A stretch of DNA of 60,263 nucleotides, filler included. It is 7 parts of 7 records of this genome, joined end to end, with 100 filler letters (N's around TTAATTAATTAA, not from the genome) between each part and the next. Parts side by side here need not be neighbours in the genome. Positions count along the whole stretch, not along the records: positions 15,179 to 22,830 come from SRR31156797_19718; positions 22,931 to 31,665 come from SRR31156797_19745; 5 more parts are not named here. One strand, written 5' to 3'. Shown piece after piece: positions 18,219 through 26,970 of the stretch. The position numbers and the translations under genes were made by a program. Numbering within the stretch: the stretch's first letter is position 1; each line of letters opens with the position of its first letter. The notes under the pieces are model-generated. The model searched no databases, had not been told where the DNA came from, and worked only from the letters and a program-made list of their open reading frames with translations.

Positions 18219-19397
18219 ATGAGACCTGTACTTATTTTCGTATTGATCATTCTTTTTGCATTTGTCAGTTGCGACAATGGATCAGTAAAAAACAATCATC
18301 CTGATGATCTTGGAAATTCAGGAATGGACGAAGAGGATACTGAGGACAACCAGGACGAAGAGAACATTGAGGACGTGGAGATTGAGGACGAAGTGGACGA
18401 AGAGGACGAAGTGGACGATGTGGACATGGACGAAGAAAACGGGGTAGATGATAAGGACATAGGGAATACTGGAGACACTGGGAACACTGGAGACACAGAT
18501 GATACGGGAAATACTGGAAATTCAGGTGTTGATCCAACGGCGATCTTTCAGCTTGGGCCCCATTTTGTTCTTACAAATGAATATGAAAAAGGCGATAACG
18601 GTGCTCCAAGGGATTTTAAGATCTATGAACCTCAGGGAGCAACAGGAAATGTGCCTGTTATCCATTTTCAACATGGGTTTCAGCTAAAGTTCAATTACTA
18701 TGATGATGTTCTTGTTCAACTTGCTTCACATGGGTTTGTTGTTGTTTCAAGTCAATCTGCTCACAGCATGATCGGCGGAGATACAACGCCTGTTGAAGCA
18801 GGGAAAGTCGCTGAATTCATTACTTGGATGAAAACAGATCTACCTGCAAGGATTGCTGTTACTGCAGATCTTAGTAAATTTGGAGTTTCCGGGCACAGTA
18901 GAGGTGGAAAAGTTACGAACCATATGCTCAATGCAAATTCTTCACTTGCAGTTAGTTTTTTCGGACTTGATCCGGTTGATTCTTCCCCGCCAACAGGTGG
19001 AGATCCTCATAGTCTAGAAAACCCTGTACTCTTCACTGGAAAATCAATGTTCCTGGGAGCGGAAAAAGGTCCTAACGGATTTCAGGCATGCGCTCCTGCC
19101 GGAGAGAATTCAGTTGCATTTTATGCTGGCTACCCTTCTCCTTCATGGCATATTATTGCCGCCGGAGTCGGTCACATGGATATGATAGATGAGCCTGACC
19201 TTTCTGTTTGTGGAATGACTTGCTCTCTTTGCGAAGGAAGTGATGACAACACTCTTAACGCTTCTTTTCGAACTTACAGCGGCGCAATGATGGCTGCATT
19301 TTTCTCATACACTCTTAAAGACATAACAGAATACCAACCGCTCCTTTCAAACACTGCCGACCATCCATTTCTAAACACTCTTGCTGAAAGTAAATAA
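18219..19397 (+). CDS. Lipoprotein with acidic/GNTGDT linker and a chlorophyllase-family alpha/beta hydrolase domain
   Basis: Lipobox FVSC; FQHGF, LASHGFVVV, GHSRGGK, LDPVD, CAP, GHMDMID. Confidence 0.8.
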   Translation: MRPVLIFVLIILFAFVSCDNGSVKNNHPDDLGNSGMDEEDTEDNQDEENIEDVEIEDEVDEEDEVDDVDMDEENGVDDKDIGNTGDTGNTGDTDDTGNTGNSGVDPTAIFQLGPHFVLTNEYEKGDNGAPRDFKIYEPQGATGNVPVIHFQHGFQLKFNYYDDVLVQLASHGFVVVSSQSAHSMIGGDTTPVEAGKVAEFITWMKTDLPARIAVTADLSKFGVSGHSRGGKVTNHMLNANSSLAVSFFGLDPVDSSPPTGGDPHSLENPVLFTGKSMFLGAEKGPNGFQACAPAGENSVAFYAGYPSPSWHIIAAGVGHMDMIDEPDLSVCGMTCSLCEGSDDNTLNASFRTYSGAMMAAFFSYTLKDITEYQPLLSNTADHPFLNTLAESK

Positions 19398-19410
19398 TCA
19401 AAAAATCATC

Positions 19411-19438
19411 TTGCAAATTAAAAAAACTCTGATATAAA
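19411..19438 (+). promoter_or_regulatory. Sigma70-type promoter upstream of the RNA motif
   Basis: TTGCAA-16 nt-TATAAA with an extended -10 TG. Confidence 0.55.
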
Positions 19439-19451
19439 TCTCATCAAATAG

Positions 19452-19543
19452 CTCCGAGCTCAGGTTCCTAAAGCTAACGCAATGGATAATGAGCCGATAG
19501 GGCCGTTTCTGAAAAGATGCGACCTCCCACCTTTGGAAAGGAG
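19452..19543 (+). promoter_or_regulatory. Moco RNA motif riboswitch (P3-less, Tuco-like)
   Basis: CTCCGAGC...CCTAA...ATGG...AGGG..GAAA tetraloop hairpin..CCTCCCACCTTTGGAAAGGAG. P1 (CTCC/GGAG) sequesters a Shine-Dalgarno sequence. Confidence 0.8.
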
Positions 19544-19548
19544 AGTAA

Positions 19549-19605
19549 ATGCGACAATACTATCATATTATCTTTTCACTTAAACTATACAAAAAGGAGA
19601 ACTAA
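19549..19605 (+). CDS. Putative 18-aa leader ORF MRQYYHIIFSLKLYKKEN
   Basis: ATG lies 5 nt after the riboswitch GGAG; its TAA directly abuts the pruA ATG. Confidence 0.45.
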   Translation: MRQYYHIIFSLKLYKKEN

Positions 19606-21234
19606 ATGAGTAATGGAATTTTTTCTGTACCTGTACCAAAAAACGAGCCGGTACTTGATCACGCGCCGGGATCAAAGGAAAGAGAACTTCTTGAAAAAGA
19701 GCTTAAAAGACAATCAGAAATAAAGGTCGAGGTCCCTGTAATAATTGGCGGAATGGAGATCGAAACAAGAAAAACGATAAACATAACCTGTCCCCATGAT
19801 CATAAACATATCCTTGGAACATGCCATCTTGCAGGAGAGAATGAAGTTAATTTAGCAATTGAAACTGCAATGAAAGCTCAGGAAAAATGGGAATCGATGC
19901 CCTGGCCAGACCGTGCAGCGATCTTTTTAAAAGCTGCTGAACTTATCTCAACTAAATACCGATATATTCTCAATGCAGCGACCATGCTTAATCAGTCAAA
20001 AAGTGCATACCAGGCTGAGATAGATAGCTCATGTGAAATTGCAGATTTCTTGAGATTCAACGTCCACTATATGCAGCAGATCTACTCCCAGCAACCAATC
20101 AGAAATTCTAAAGGAATGTGGAATAGACTTCAGTACAGAGCACTTGAAGGCTTCGTTTTTGCTGTAACACCCTTTAACTTTACGGCAATTGCTGGAAACC
20201 TGCCTACAGCACCTGCTATGATGGGAAATGTGGTTCTTTGGAAACCTGCTTCGACTTCAATTCTTTCAAATTACTACCTGATGCAGCTTTTTAAAGAGGC
20301 AGGGCTGCCTGATGGTGTTCTCAACTTCATTCCGGGGCGTGGTAGTGAGGTTGGAGATCCTGTTGTTGCAAGCAAGCATTTTGCAGGTCTTCATTTCACC
20401 GGCTCTACCGGAACTTTCAATAGATTATGGCAAAATATCGCAGACAATATCAGCAACTATCGCACATATCCAAAGATCGTAGGCGAAACAGGTGGTAAAG
20501 ATTTTATCGTGGTTCATAAATCGGCTGAGCCTTTGGAAGTTGCTGTTGCAGCAATTCGCGGAGCATTTGAATATCAGGGCCAAAAATGCAGTGCCGCATC
20601 AAGAATGTATGCTCCTTCTAATCTATGGCCGGAAATATCCAAAAAAATGAAAACCATGTTAAAAAAGATCCGGGTTGGAGATGTTAAAGATCTTGGTAAT
20701 TTTATGAACGCGGTTATTGATGAGAATAGTTTTGATAATATAATGAGCTACATAAAAACTGTTAAGAACTCTGATAAAGCTGAGATATTTTTTGGGGGTG
20801 AAGGTGACAAGACCAATGGATATTTTGTTGATCCTACAGTTGTTGTAACTAAAGACCCCAATTTTGTTACAATGGAAAATGAGATCTTCGGTCCCGTTCT
20901 AACTGTCTATATTTATGATTGTGAAAAGTTTGATGAAGTTCTCGAGCTTTGTGACAACACTTCTCCCTATGCTTTGACGGGAGCGATCTTTGCAAAAGAA
21001 CGTGAAGTGATCATAAAAGCTGAACAGAAATTAAAAAATTGTGCAGGAAATTTCTATATTAATGATAAACCTACTGGAGCTGTTGTTGGTCAACAGCCTT
21101 TTGGAGGAGCAAGAGGAAGCGGAACGAACGACAAGGCTGGCTCAGTATTTAACCTTCTACGCTGGACAAGCCCAAGGACTATTAAAGAAACTTTTTGCCC
21201 AGCAAAAGACTATAAATATCCATTCATGAATTAG
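19606..21234 (+). CDS. pruA: 1-pyrroline-5-carboxylate dehydrogenase (ALDH4)
   Basis: PKNEPV, AEIDSSCEIADFLRFN, TPFNFTAI, FTGST, GETGGKDF, EYQGQKCSA, GQQPFGG. Confidence 0.96.
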   Translation: MSNGIFSVPVPKNEPVLDHAPGSKERELLEKELKRQSEIKVEVPVIIGGMEIETRKTINITCPHDHKHILGTCHLAGENEVNLAIETAMKAQEKWESMPWPDRAAIFLKAAELISTKYRYILNAATMLNQSKSAYQAEIDSSCEIADFLRFNVHYMQQIYSQQPIRNSKGMWNRLQYRALEGFVFAVTPFNFTAIAGNLPTAPAMMGNVVLWKPASTSILSNYYLMQLFKEAGLPDGVLNFIPGRGSEVGDPVVASKHFAGLHFTGSTGTFNRLWQNIADNISNYRTYPKIVGETGGKDFIVVHKSAEPLEVAVAAIRGAFEYQGQKCSAASRMYAPSNLWPEISKKMKTMLKKIRVGDVKDLGNFMNAVIDENSFDNIMSYIKTVKNSDKAEIFFGGEGDKTNGYFVDPTVVVTKDPNFVTMENEIFGPVLTVYIYDCEKFDEVLELCDNTSPYALTGAIFAKEREVIIKAEQKLKNCAGNFYINDKPTGAVVGQQPFGGARGSGTNDKAGSVFNLLRWTSPRTIKETFCPAKDYKYPFMN

Positions 21235-21314
21235 CTTAGAAATAACTTTTAATAGCGTTCAATTAATGATAATATCTGTGGAATATCCACGTGTGTTTTT
21301 CGGAGGAAAACTTT

Positions 21315-22830
21315 ATGAAGGGACTTTTTATTATTCTTGTTTCTATTTTATTGTTTGTTTCTTGTGATAGCGATCTTAAAGAGTATGAGAATGGATTCGC
21401 TGATAAGGATATCGTTGATGAACTTGACGACACAACTATAGACGATGTTGTTGAAGACAATGATATTGTTGAAACTGACAATGAAGAAACAGATGACATT
21501 GTTGAACCTGATGAGGTAGAAGAAGTTGATGATACTGAAGAAACTGATGATTCAGAAAATGGCGACATTGATGAGTTCATTTGTGATGACGGTGAAAAAG
21601 AAGCTTGTTACTCCGGTGATGATACCACTAGAGGTGTCGGTGCATGTACAGACGGTGAGAAAACATGTGTTGACGGTGTTTGGGGAAAATGTAAGGACGA
21701 TGTTAAGCCGACAGACGAACTTTGCGACAACATTGATAATGACTGTGACGGTTCTATTGATGAAGAACTTTTTGAAATGAACTCTGAAAATTGTCTTACC
21801 GATGGTGTTTGCGGTCTTGAAGCAGCAACAGTCGAAGCAATATGTTCAAAAGGCGACTGGGTTTGTAACTACTCAGAAGTTGATGGATACCAGGGAAAAG
21901 ACGAGATCACCTGTGACGGCATTGATAATGACTGTGATGGCGAGATTGACGAAGGTTTTGCAGACAGCGACAGCGATGGCGTGCCGGATTGTCTTGACAA
22001 CTGCGTGCTTGATGACACTGCTAACCAGACAGATAGTGATGGTGACGGGTTTGGTGATCCTTGCGACAACTGTGTGAATGACTCTAATGCAGATCAGCTT
22101 GATACAGATAAAGATGGACTTGGTGACATTTGTGACAACTGTCCAAATGCCTTTGACTCCACATTTAAAGATAGTGACAGTGATGGTGTAGGCGATGTTT
22201 GTGACAACTGCCCTCTTCATGCAAATACAGATCAGGCTGATGAGAATGGAAACAACATTGGAAATGCCTGTGAAGATAATGATGGAGATTCTATTCCTAA
22301 TGTTACTGATAACTGTCCAGAAGCTTACAACCCTGATCAGAAAGACTCTGATACAGACATGGTTGGAGATATCTGCGACAACTGCGTTCAGGCAATAAAT
22401 ACTGATCAGGCTGATTCAGATGAAGATGGTATTGGAGATGCCTGTGACGATGAGGATAAAGATAGCGACACAATTCTTGATTACGAAGACAACTGTCCTG
22501 ATGTCGCTAATGAGCTTCAGGAAGATGGCGATGGCGATGGAGTTGGTGATGTCTGTGACAACTGTGTAGATGACGCTAATCCTGATCAGAAAGATACTGA
22601 TCTAGATGGCAAAGGTGATGTTTGTGACCTTGATGATACAGATGAGGATACTGTTATTGATCTTGAAGATAACTGTCCAAACGATCCAAATGAACTTCAG
22701 GAAGATGTTGACGGTGATGGAGTTGGTGATGTCTGTGACAACTGTCCTGATGATGCTAACCCTGATCAGGAAAACATCTGTGGAGATACTGACGGCGACA
22801 CAATCCTTGATCCTGTCGACAACTGTCCTC
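21315..22830 (+). CDS. Acidic Ca-binding lipoprotein with MopE-like (DNDCDGxIDE) and thrombospondin type 3 repeats, 3' truncated
   Basis: Lipobox FVSC, two CDxIDNDCDG motifs, and many DxDxDGxGDxCDNC repeats. Confidence 0.88.
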
Positions 22831-22930
22831 NNNNNNNNNNNNNNNNNNNNNNNNNNNNNNNNNNNNNNNNNNNNTTAATTAATTAANNNNNNNNNNNNNN
22901 NNNNNNNNNNNNNNNNNNNNNNNNNNNNNN
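22831..22930. other. Artificial contig linker
   Basis: N-run with TTAATTAATTAA. Confidence 0.99.
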
Positions 22931-22990
22931 AATCGTCTTCGTGAAATCTTGCGGAACAGGTCGAAAGACCTCATTGGGGACGGTGAATGA
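22931..22990 (+). CDS. 3' end of an upstream gene, probably an ECF sigma factor
   Basis: Frame reads NRLREILRNRSKDLIGDGE* and abuts the next ATG. The sigma call rests on context (anti-sigma plus periplasmic sensor). Confidence 0.4.
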   Translation, partial: NRLREILRNRSKDLIGDGE

Positions 22991-23440
22991 ATGGGACTGA
23001 AAGAATTTCAGGATCTACTTGACCGCTACGGCGGGGATCCGATGACGTGGCCGGCCGATCAACGGCCGGAGGCGTTGGAGTTTGCACGGACATCGCCGGA
23101 AGCATTTCGGCTGTTGAGGGAAACCTCCGAGGTCGAAAAAGCGCTCATTGGCGGCGACCTGCCGGAACCGGACATGGGGTCTGTCGACAAAGTCATGGAC
23201 CGGATTCGGGCGCATGAAGAAGCAGTGGCGACGATGCAGGATGGCCTCTCGCCCTCGGTCCAGGCCGCGCGGCCGGCCATATGGCGTGAGATCCGAAACG
23301 TTCTGGGTGGATTCGTCTATCGGCCGCTATTGCTCATCGCGATGGCTTCGCTGATCGGCGTAATCGTCGGCTTCGCCGATCGGTCGATGAGCGCTCGCTC
23401 GAGCTATGACGGCCTGATGTATTTCATCATGACTCTATAG
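22991..23440 (+). CDS. Putative membrane anti-sigma factor
   Basis: F..LLDRYGGDP..WP N-terminal motif and a single C-terminal TM helix. Confidence 0.7.
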   Translation: MGLKEFQDLLDRYGGDPMTWPADQRPEALEFARTSPEAFRLLRETSEVEKALIGGDLPEPDMGSVDKVMDRIRAHEEAVATMQDGLSPSVQAARPAIWREIRNVLGGFVYRPLLLIAMASLIGVIVGFADRSMSARSSYDGLMYFIMTL

Positions 23441-23495
23441 GCCGGTGCGGCCCAGGCCGAAGTTTCCAGAGTGCGCAGAATGCATCGGAACAGGA

Positions 23496-24032
23496 ATGAA
23501 CGGTATGTCGACAACAAAACGCACGAAGGTCATCCTAACCATGGCGATGACCGTTTCCCTCGCCCTGAACTTCTTTCTTCTCGGCTGGCTGGTCGGCTCC
23601 AGCCCGTTCGTGCCCGGTCCGGCCGTTGGACCATTTGGACGGGATTTCGTTCCCTTCGGTCCGATGGTCAAGGAGGATCGAGTACCCGAACTGTGGTTCA
23701 TAGACTTCATTACTATGGGCATGTCGGTCGAAGGACGGCGGCAAATATCGGATGCTGTGGCGAAGCAGGATGCCGATATCCGGCACCTCAGGAAGATGAC
23801 AGAGGAAATCCGCGAGTCGACCGTCTCCTTGCTTTTGGAGGAGAAACCCGATTCCGATCGTATCCGGGAAGGCGTCAAAAAACTGGAGGACGTCATGCAA
23901 CGGCGTTTGGCGACAATGCATGACGCATTGATCCCGGTGGTTTCGCAACTCGACTCCAACGACCGCAGGATATTCGCCCAGCGTTGGGAATCCGAACCGG
24001 GCGGCAAACTACCGCCGCCGCCACCTCGCTGA
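23496..24032 (+). CDS. Periplasmic heavy-metal sensor (CpxP/ZraP-like)
   Basis: VSLALNFFLLG TM motif followed by helical domain ending L....RR.FA. Start approximate. Confidence 0.7.
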   Translation: MNGMSTTKRTKVILTMAMTVSLALNFFLLGWLVGSSPFVPGPAVGPFGRDFVPFGPMVKEDRVPELWFIDFITMGMSVEGRRQISDAVAKQDADIRHLRKMTEEIRESTVSLLLEEKPDSDRIREGVKKLEDVMQRRLATMHDALIPVVSQLDSNDRRIFAQRWESEPGGKLPPPPPR

Positions 24033-24050
24033 ATTTGCCCGCTCGCGAAC

Positions 24051-24077
24051 ACTCCGGCCTCGGCCGGAGTTTTTTTT
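24051..24077 (+). terminator. Intrinsic terminator
   Basis: ACTCCGGCC-TC-GGCCGGAGT followed by T7. Confidence 0.85.
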
Positions 24078-24161
24078 GCGCCAGGTTTTCGTGGGGTCTC
24101 CGTTTAATCGAATAAGGGTTCCGGGCCGGGACAGTGGGCCGAACCCGCAAGGAGACCCTTG

Positions 24162-24848
24162 ATGACGACAACCTCCGTTACTTCGGACAACTACAGCAGC
24201 GCGATTCTCGAGTCCCTCGCTGCGACCAGTACAGACGATTCGACATCCTCGTCCGCCGAGGAGATCTATTCGACCTGGATTGCCATTCTCGCGGCGCAAC
24301 TGGAAAACCAGGATCCGACGGATCCCGTCGATACATCGGATTTCACCAGCCAGCTGACTTCGATCGCCAGCCTGGAACAGCAGGCTCTGACCAACGAGAC
24401 GCTGACCAGTTTGCTTTCCGCCGTGCAGGGCGTGGAGGCCGACTCCGCACTCGACTATCTCGGCGCTTCGATTACCGCCTATGGCGACACGGCGCCGTTG
24501 AGCGGCGGAACCGCTGAATGGGAATACTCCCTGTCGACGGAAGCTGACGAGGTCGTTCTCAACGTTGTCGATGAAGACGGCAACGTCGTCTACACGGTCA
24601 GCGGAGAAACCTCCGCCGGCACGCATGAGTTTACCTGGGACGGCAGCACCAACGACGGCGGTACGGCCGAAGACGGCGCCTATACGCTCTCCGTCGAGGC
24701 TGTCGACGGCGACGGCGAAGAAATAGCGCCGACCGTCTACGCCCTGGGCACGGTCACCTCCGTCGATACGTCGACATCGCCGGCAACCCTTCTGATGGAC
24801 GACGTCGAGGTTCCGACCTCGTACATCGTTTCCATGGCCGTCCATTGA
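24162..24848 (+). CDS. flgD: Flagellar hook capping protein
   Basis: AQLENQDPTDPVD..FTSQL, FTWDG...DGAYT Ig-like domain; AAGGAG ribosome-binding site. Confidence 0.9.
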   Translation: MTTTSVTSDNYSSAILESLAATSTDDSTSSSAEEIYSTWIAILAAQLENQDPTDPVDTSDFTSQLTSIASLEQQALTNETLTSLLSAVQGVEADSALDYLGASITAYGDTAPLSGGTAEWEYSLSTEADEVVLNVVDEDGNVVYTVSGETSAGTHEFTWDGSTNDGGTAEDGAYTLSVEAVDGDGEEIAPTVYALGTVTSVDTSTSPATLLMDDVEVPTSYIVSMAVH

Positions 24849-24873
24849 TCGGCGGCAAGCGGGAGGACGGGAT

Positions 24874-26115
24874 ATGAGCAGTAGCAACGCAGCCATGTAC
24901 ATCGCGGTCTCGGCGCTGAGCGCCCAGAGCACGAATCTGTCCATTATTTCAACCAATTTGGCCAACGCTTCGACGGTCGGCTACAAGGAGGTCACGGCGA
25001 ATTTTTCGACCCTCGTCACCGACCCGTACGGCTCGAGTGAAATGGCCTCTGCCGGCGTGACCGTCAATTCGGTCCAGAACGTCGATCTTCAGGGGCTGAT
25101 CGAATCGGCGGATACCTCGACCTATATGGCCATCGACGGCAACGGTTTCTTTGTCGTCTCGGCGGATTCGGACAGCAACGAATACTACTATACGCGGACC
25201 GGCACTTTCGATACGGACGAAAACGGCTACCTGGTTAACGAGAACGGCTACTACCTGCAGGGGTGGCCGGTCGATTCCGACGGCAACCTGACCTCCAGCA
25301 GCGCGTCGGCCAGCAGCCTCGAAACCATCAACCTCAACAGCATCAGCGGTGCCGCCGAAGCTACCGAGAATATCGAGATCGTAGCCAATCTGCCGGCCGA
25401 CGCCGATATTGGCGACACCTTCACCACCTCGTCGGAAATCTACGACGCGGTCGGAACCAGCCACACCCTCGAATATACCTGGGAGAAGACCGACACCTCC
25501 GAATGGACGCTGAACATCGCATCCGACGACGGCACCATTTCGGCCGGCGGCAGCTACACCTTCACCTTTGCCGACGGCGCGTTGGACAGCGTTTCATCCA
25601 CAGACCTGACGATCACCGGCTGGGGCAGTGGCGCCAGCGACACCAACATCACGTTCGACTTCGGCACCGTCGGGCGGTCCGACGGCCTGAGCAGCTTCGA
25701 CAGCGATGCGGATACACCTCAGGTCTCAGTGACCTCGGTGAGCCAGGACGGTCTGCAATACGGCGAACTGGCCAGCGTCTCGATTGACGATAGCGGTCTG
25801 GTGACCGCCAGCTTCGACAACGGCATGAGCCGGCCCATCTACCAGATTACGTTGGCGACCTTCAACAATCCGAACGGCCTGACCGAGATTTCCGGCAACG
25901 CCTATGTCGCCACCGTCGACTCCGGCACCGCCAACCTGAACGTCGCCGGCTACGGCGGCTCCGGGGCCATCTCCGGTGGTTCGGTCGAAGCCTCGACGGT
26001 CACGACGTCCGAGGAACTGACGGACATGATCGTCGCCCAGCAGGCCTATTCGGCGGCATCCCAGGTCATCAGCACATCGCAGGACATGTTCGATGCGTTG
26101 ATCAACGCCGTTTAA
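24874..26115 (+). CDS. flgE: Flagellar hook protein
   Basis: STNLANASTVGYK, AIDGNGFF, YTRTG, GYYLQGW, LATFNNPNGL, ELTDMIVAQ. Confidence 0.93.
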   Translation: MSSSNAAMYIAVSALSAQSTNLSIISTNLANASTVGYKEVTANFSTLVTDPYGSSEMASAGVTVNSVQNVDLQGLIESADTSTYMAIDGNGFFVVSADSDSNEYYYTRTGTFDTDENGYLVNENGYYLQGWPVDSDGNLTSSSASASSLETINLNSISGAAEATENIEIVANLPADADIGDTFTTSSEIYDAVGTSHTLEYTWEKTDTSEWTLNIASDDGTISAGGSYTFTFADGALDSVSSTDLTITGWGSGASDTNITFDFGTVGRSDGLSSFDSDADTPQVSVTSVSQDGLQYGELASVSIDDSGLVTASFDNGMSRPIYQITLATFNNPNGLTEISGNAYVATVDSGTANLNVAGYGGSGAISGGSVEASTVTTSEELTDMIVAQQAYSAASQVISTSQDMFDALINAV

Positions 26116-26147
26116 CGCAACTCCAATCCGAGGGGACGACAAGCACC

Positions 26148-26489
26148 ATGGCACTACCGAAAGAGAATAAAGACCTTGGTCTGCCTGCGGATCAGCAACT
26201 CGCCGGAGACTATCTTCGATTGGTGGAGACCGGCCAATCGATCCTGGGGATTTCGACCATCGACGAGAACGAGGTCGTTGTGCTGGCGCGTCAAACGGCC
26301 GGCCGTATGGCATCGCTGCCGTCGGACGTCAGACTGGCCGATCGAAATGACCTGATTTCACTCTTCGACGAGGTGAAGGACGTGATCGGTCGACTGGGAG
26401 ACGAGCAGACGCTCGTTAAGGAGAAACTGGCCAACCGCGCGCGCCATGATGTGGCACGCCAGGCCTACCAACGGGGAAATCCGAGATGA
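26148..26489 (+). CDS. Small helical hypothetical protein (possible flagellar chaperone)
   Basis: Lies within the operon, ATGA overlap with the next gene, C-terminal A..AY motif. Confidence 0.6.
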   Translation: MALPKENKDLGLPADQQLAGDYLRLVETGQSILGISTIDENEVVVLARQTAGRMASLPSDVRLADRNDLISLFDEVKDVIGRLGDEQTLVKEKLANRARHDVARQAYQRGNPR

Positions 26490-26932
26490 CAAAGCCGCAG
26501 CAATCCAACATCGTCTATCTTGCGGACCTCGACCGGGCCTTCAAACGGTTCGTCGATCTGGTCAAAGCCGAGAACACGGCACTGGAAAGTCAGAACAGCC
26601 GACTTCTCCGCGAGTTGACACCGAAGAAGGTGAAAGCCGGCGAAGCGCTCGATGTTCTCACCCGGGATTTCCGGTCGCGGCTAGGGACTGCCACGGAGGC
26701 GGAAATCCTCGCGTTCACCGATCTCATTCACCGGGCGACCGGATTGCGGCCCTTGCTTGAGCGGAACATGGCGCTTCTCAATGCCGCGAAGGTAACGACC
26801 GCCACCCGCATCGAGGCTGGAGTGGCCGCTTGGCGCCGGTCTCATAACGAACGGTCGACCGGATACGGGGACGACGGCGGCAACGCTCATTCGGACCGGC
26901 CAATCTCCATCAACCCCGCGCGGCTGATTTAG
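26486..26932 (+). CDS. FlgN-like flagellar export chaperone
   Basis: E...L......L..L...K and L...N..LL patterns, late Tyr-Gly motif, directly upstream of flgK. Confidence 0.65.
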   Translation: MTKPQQSNIVYLADLDRAFKRFVDLVKAENTALESQNSRLLRELTPKKVKAGEALDVLTRDFRSRLGTATEAEILAFTDLIHRATGLRPLLERNMALLNAAKVTTATRIEAGVAAWRRSHNERSTGYGDDGGNAHSDRPISINPARLI

Positions 26933-26970
26933 GAGGAGGACTGCCGGAAATTTCCGGGAGTCGATGAACC

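Noticed and set aside
18320-18520. Short periodic repeats as a possible CRISPR array
   Set aside because: 9-nt in-frame coding repeats with no unique spacers and no cas genes.
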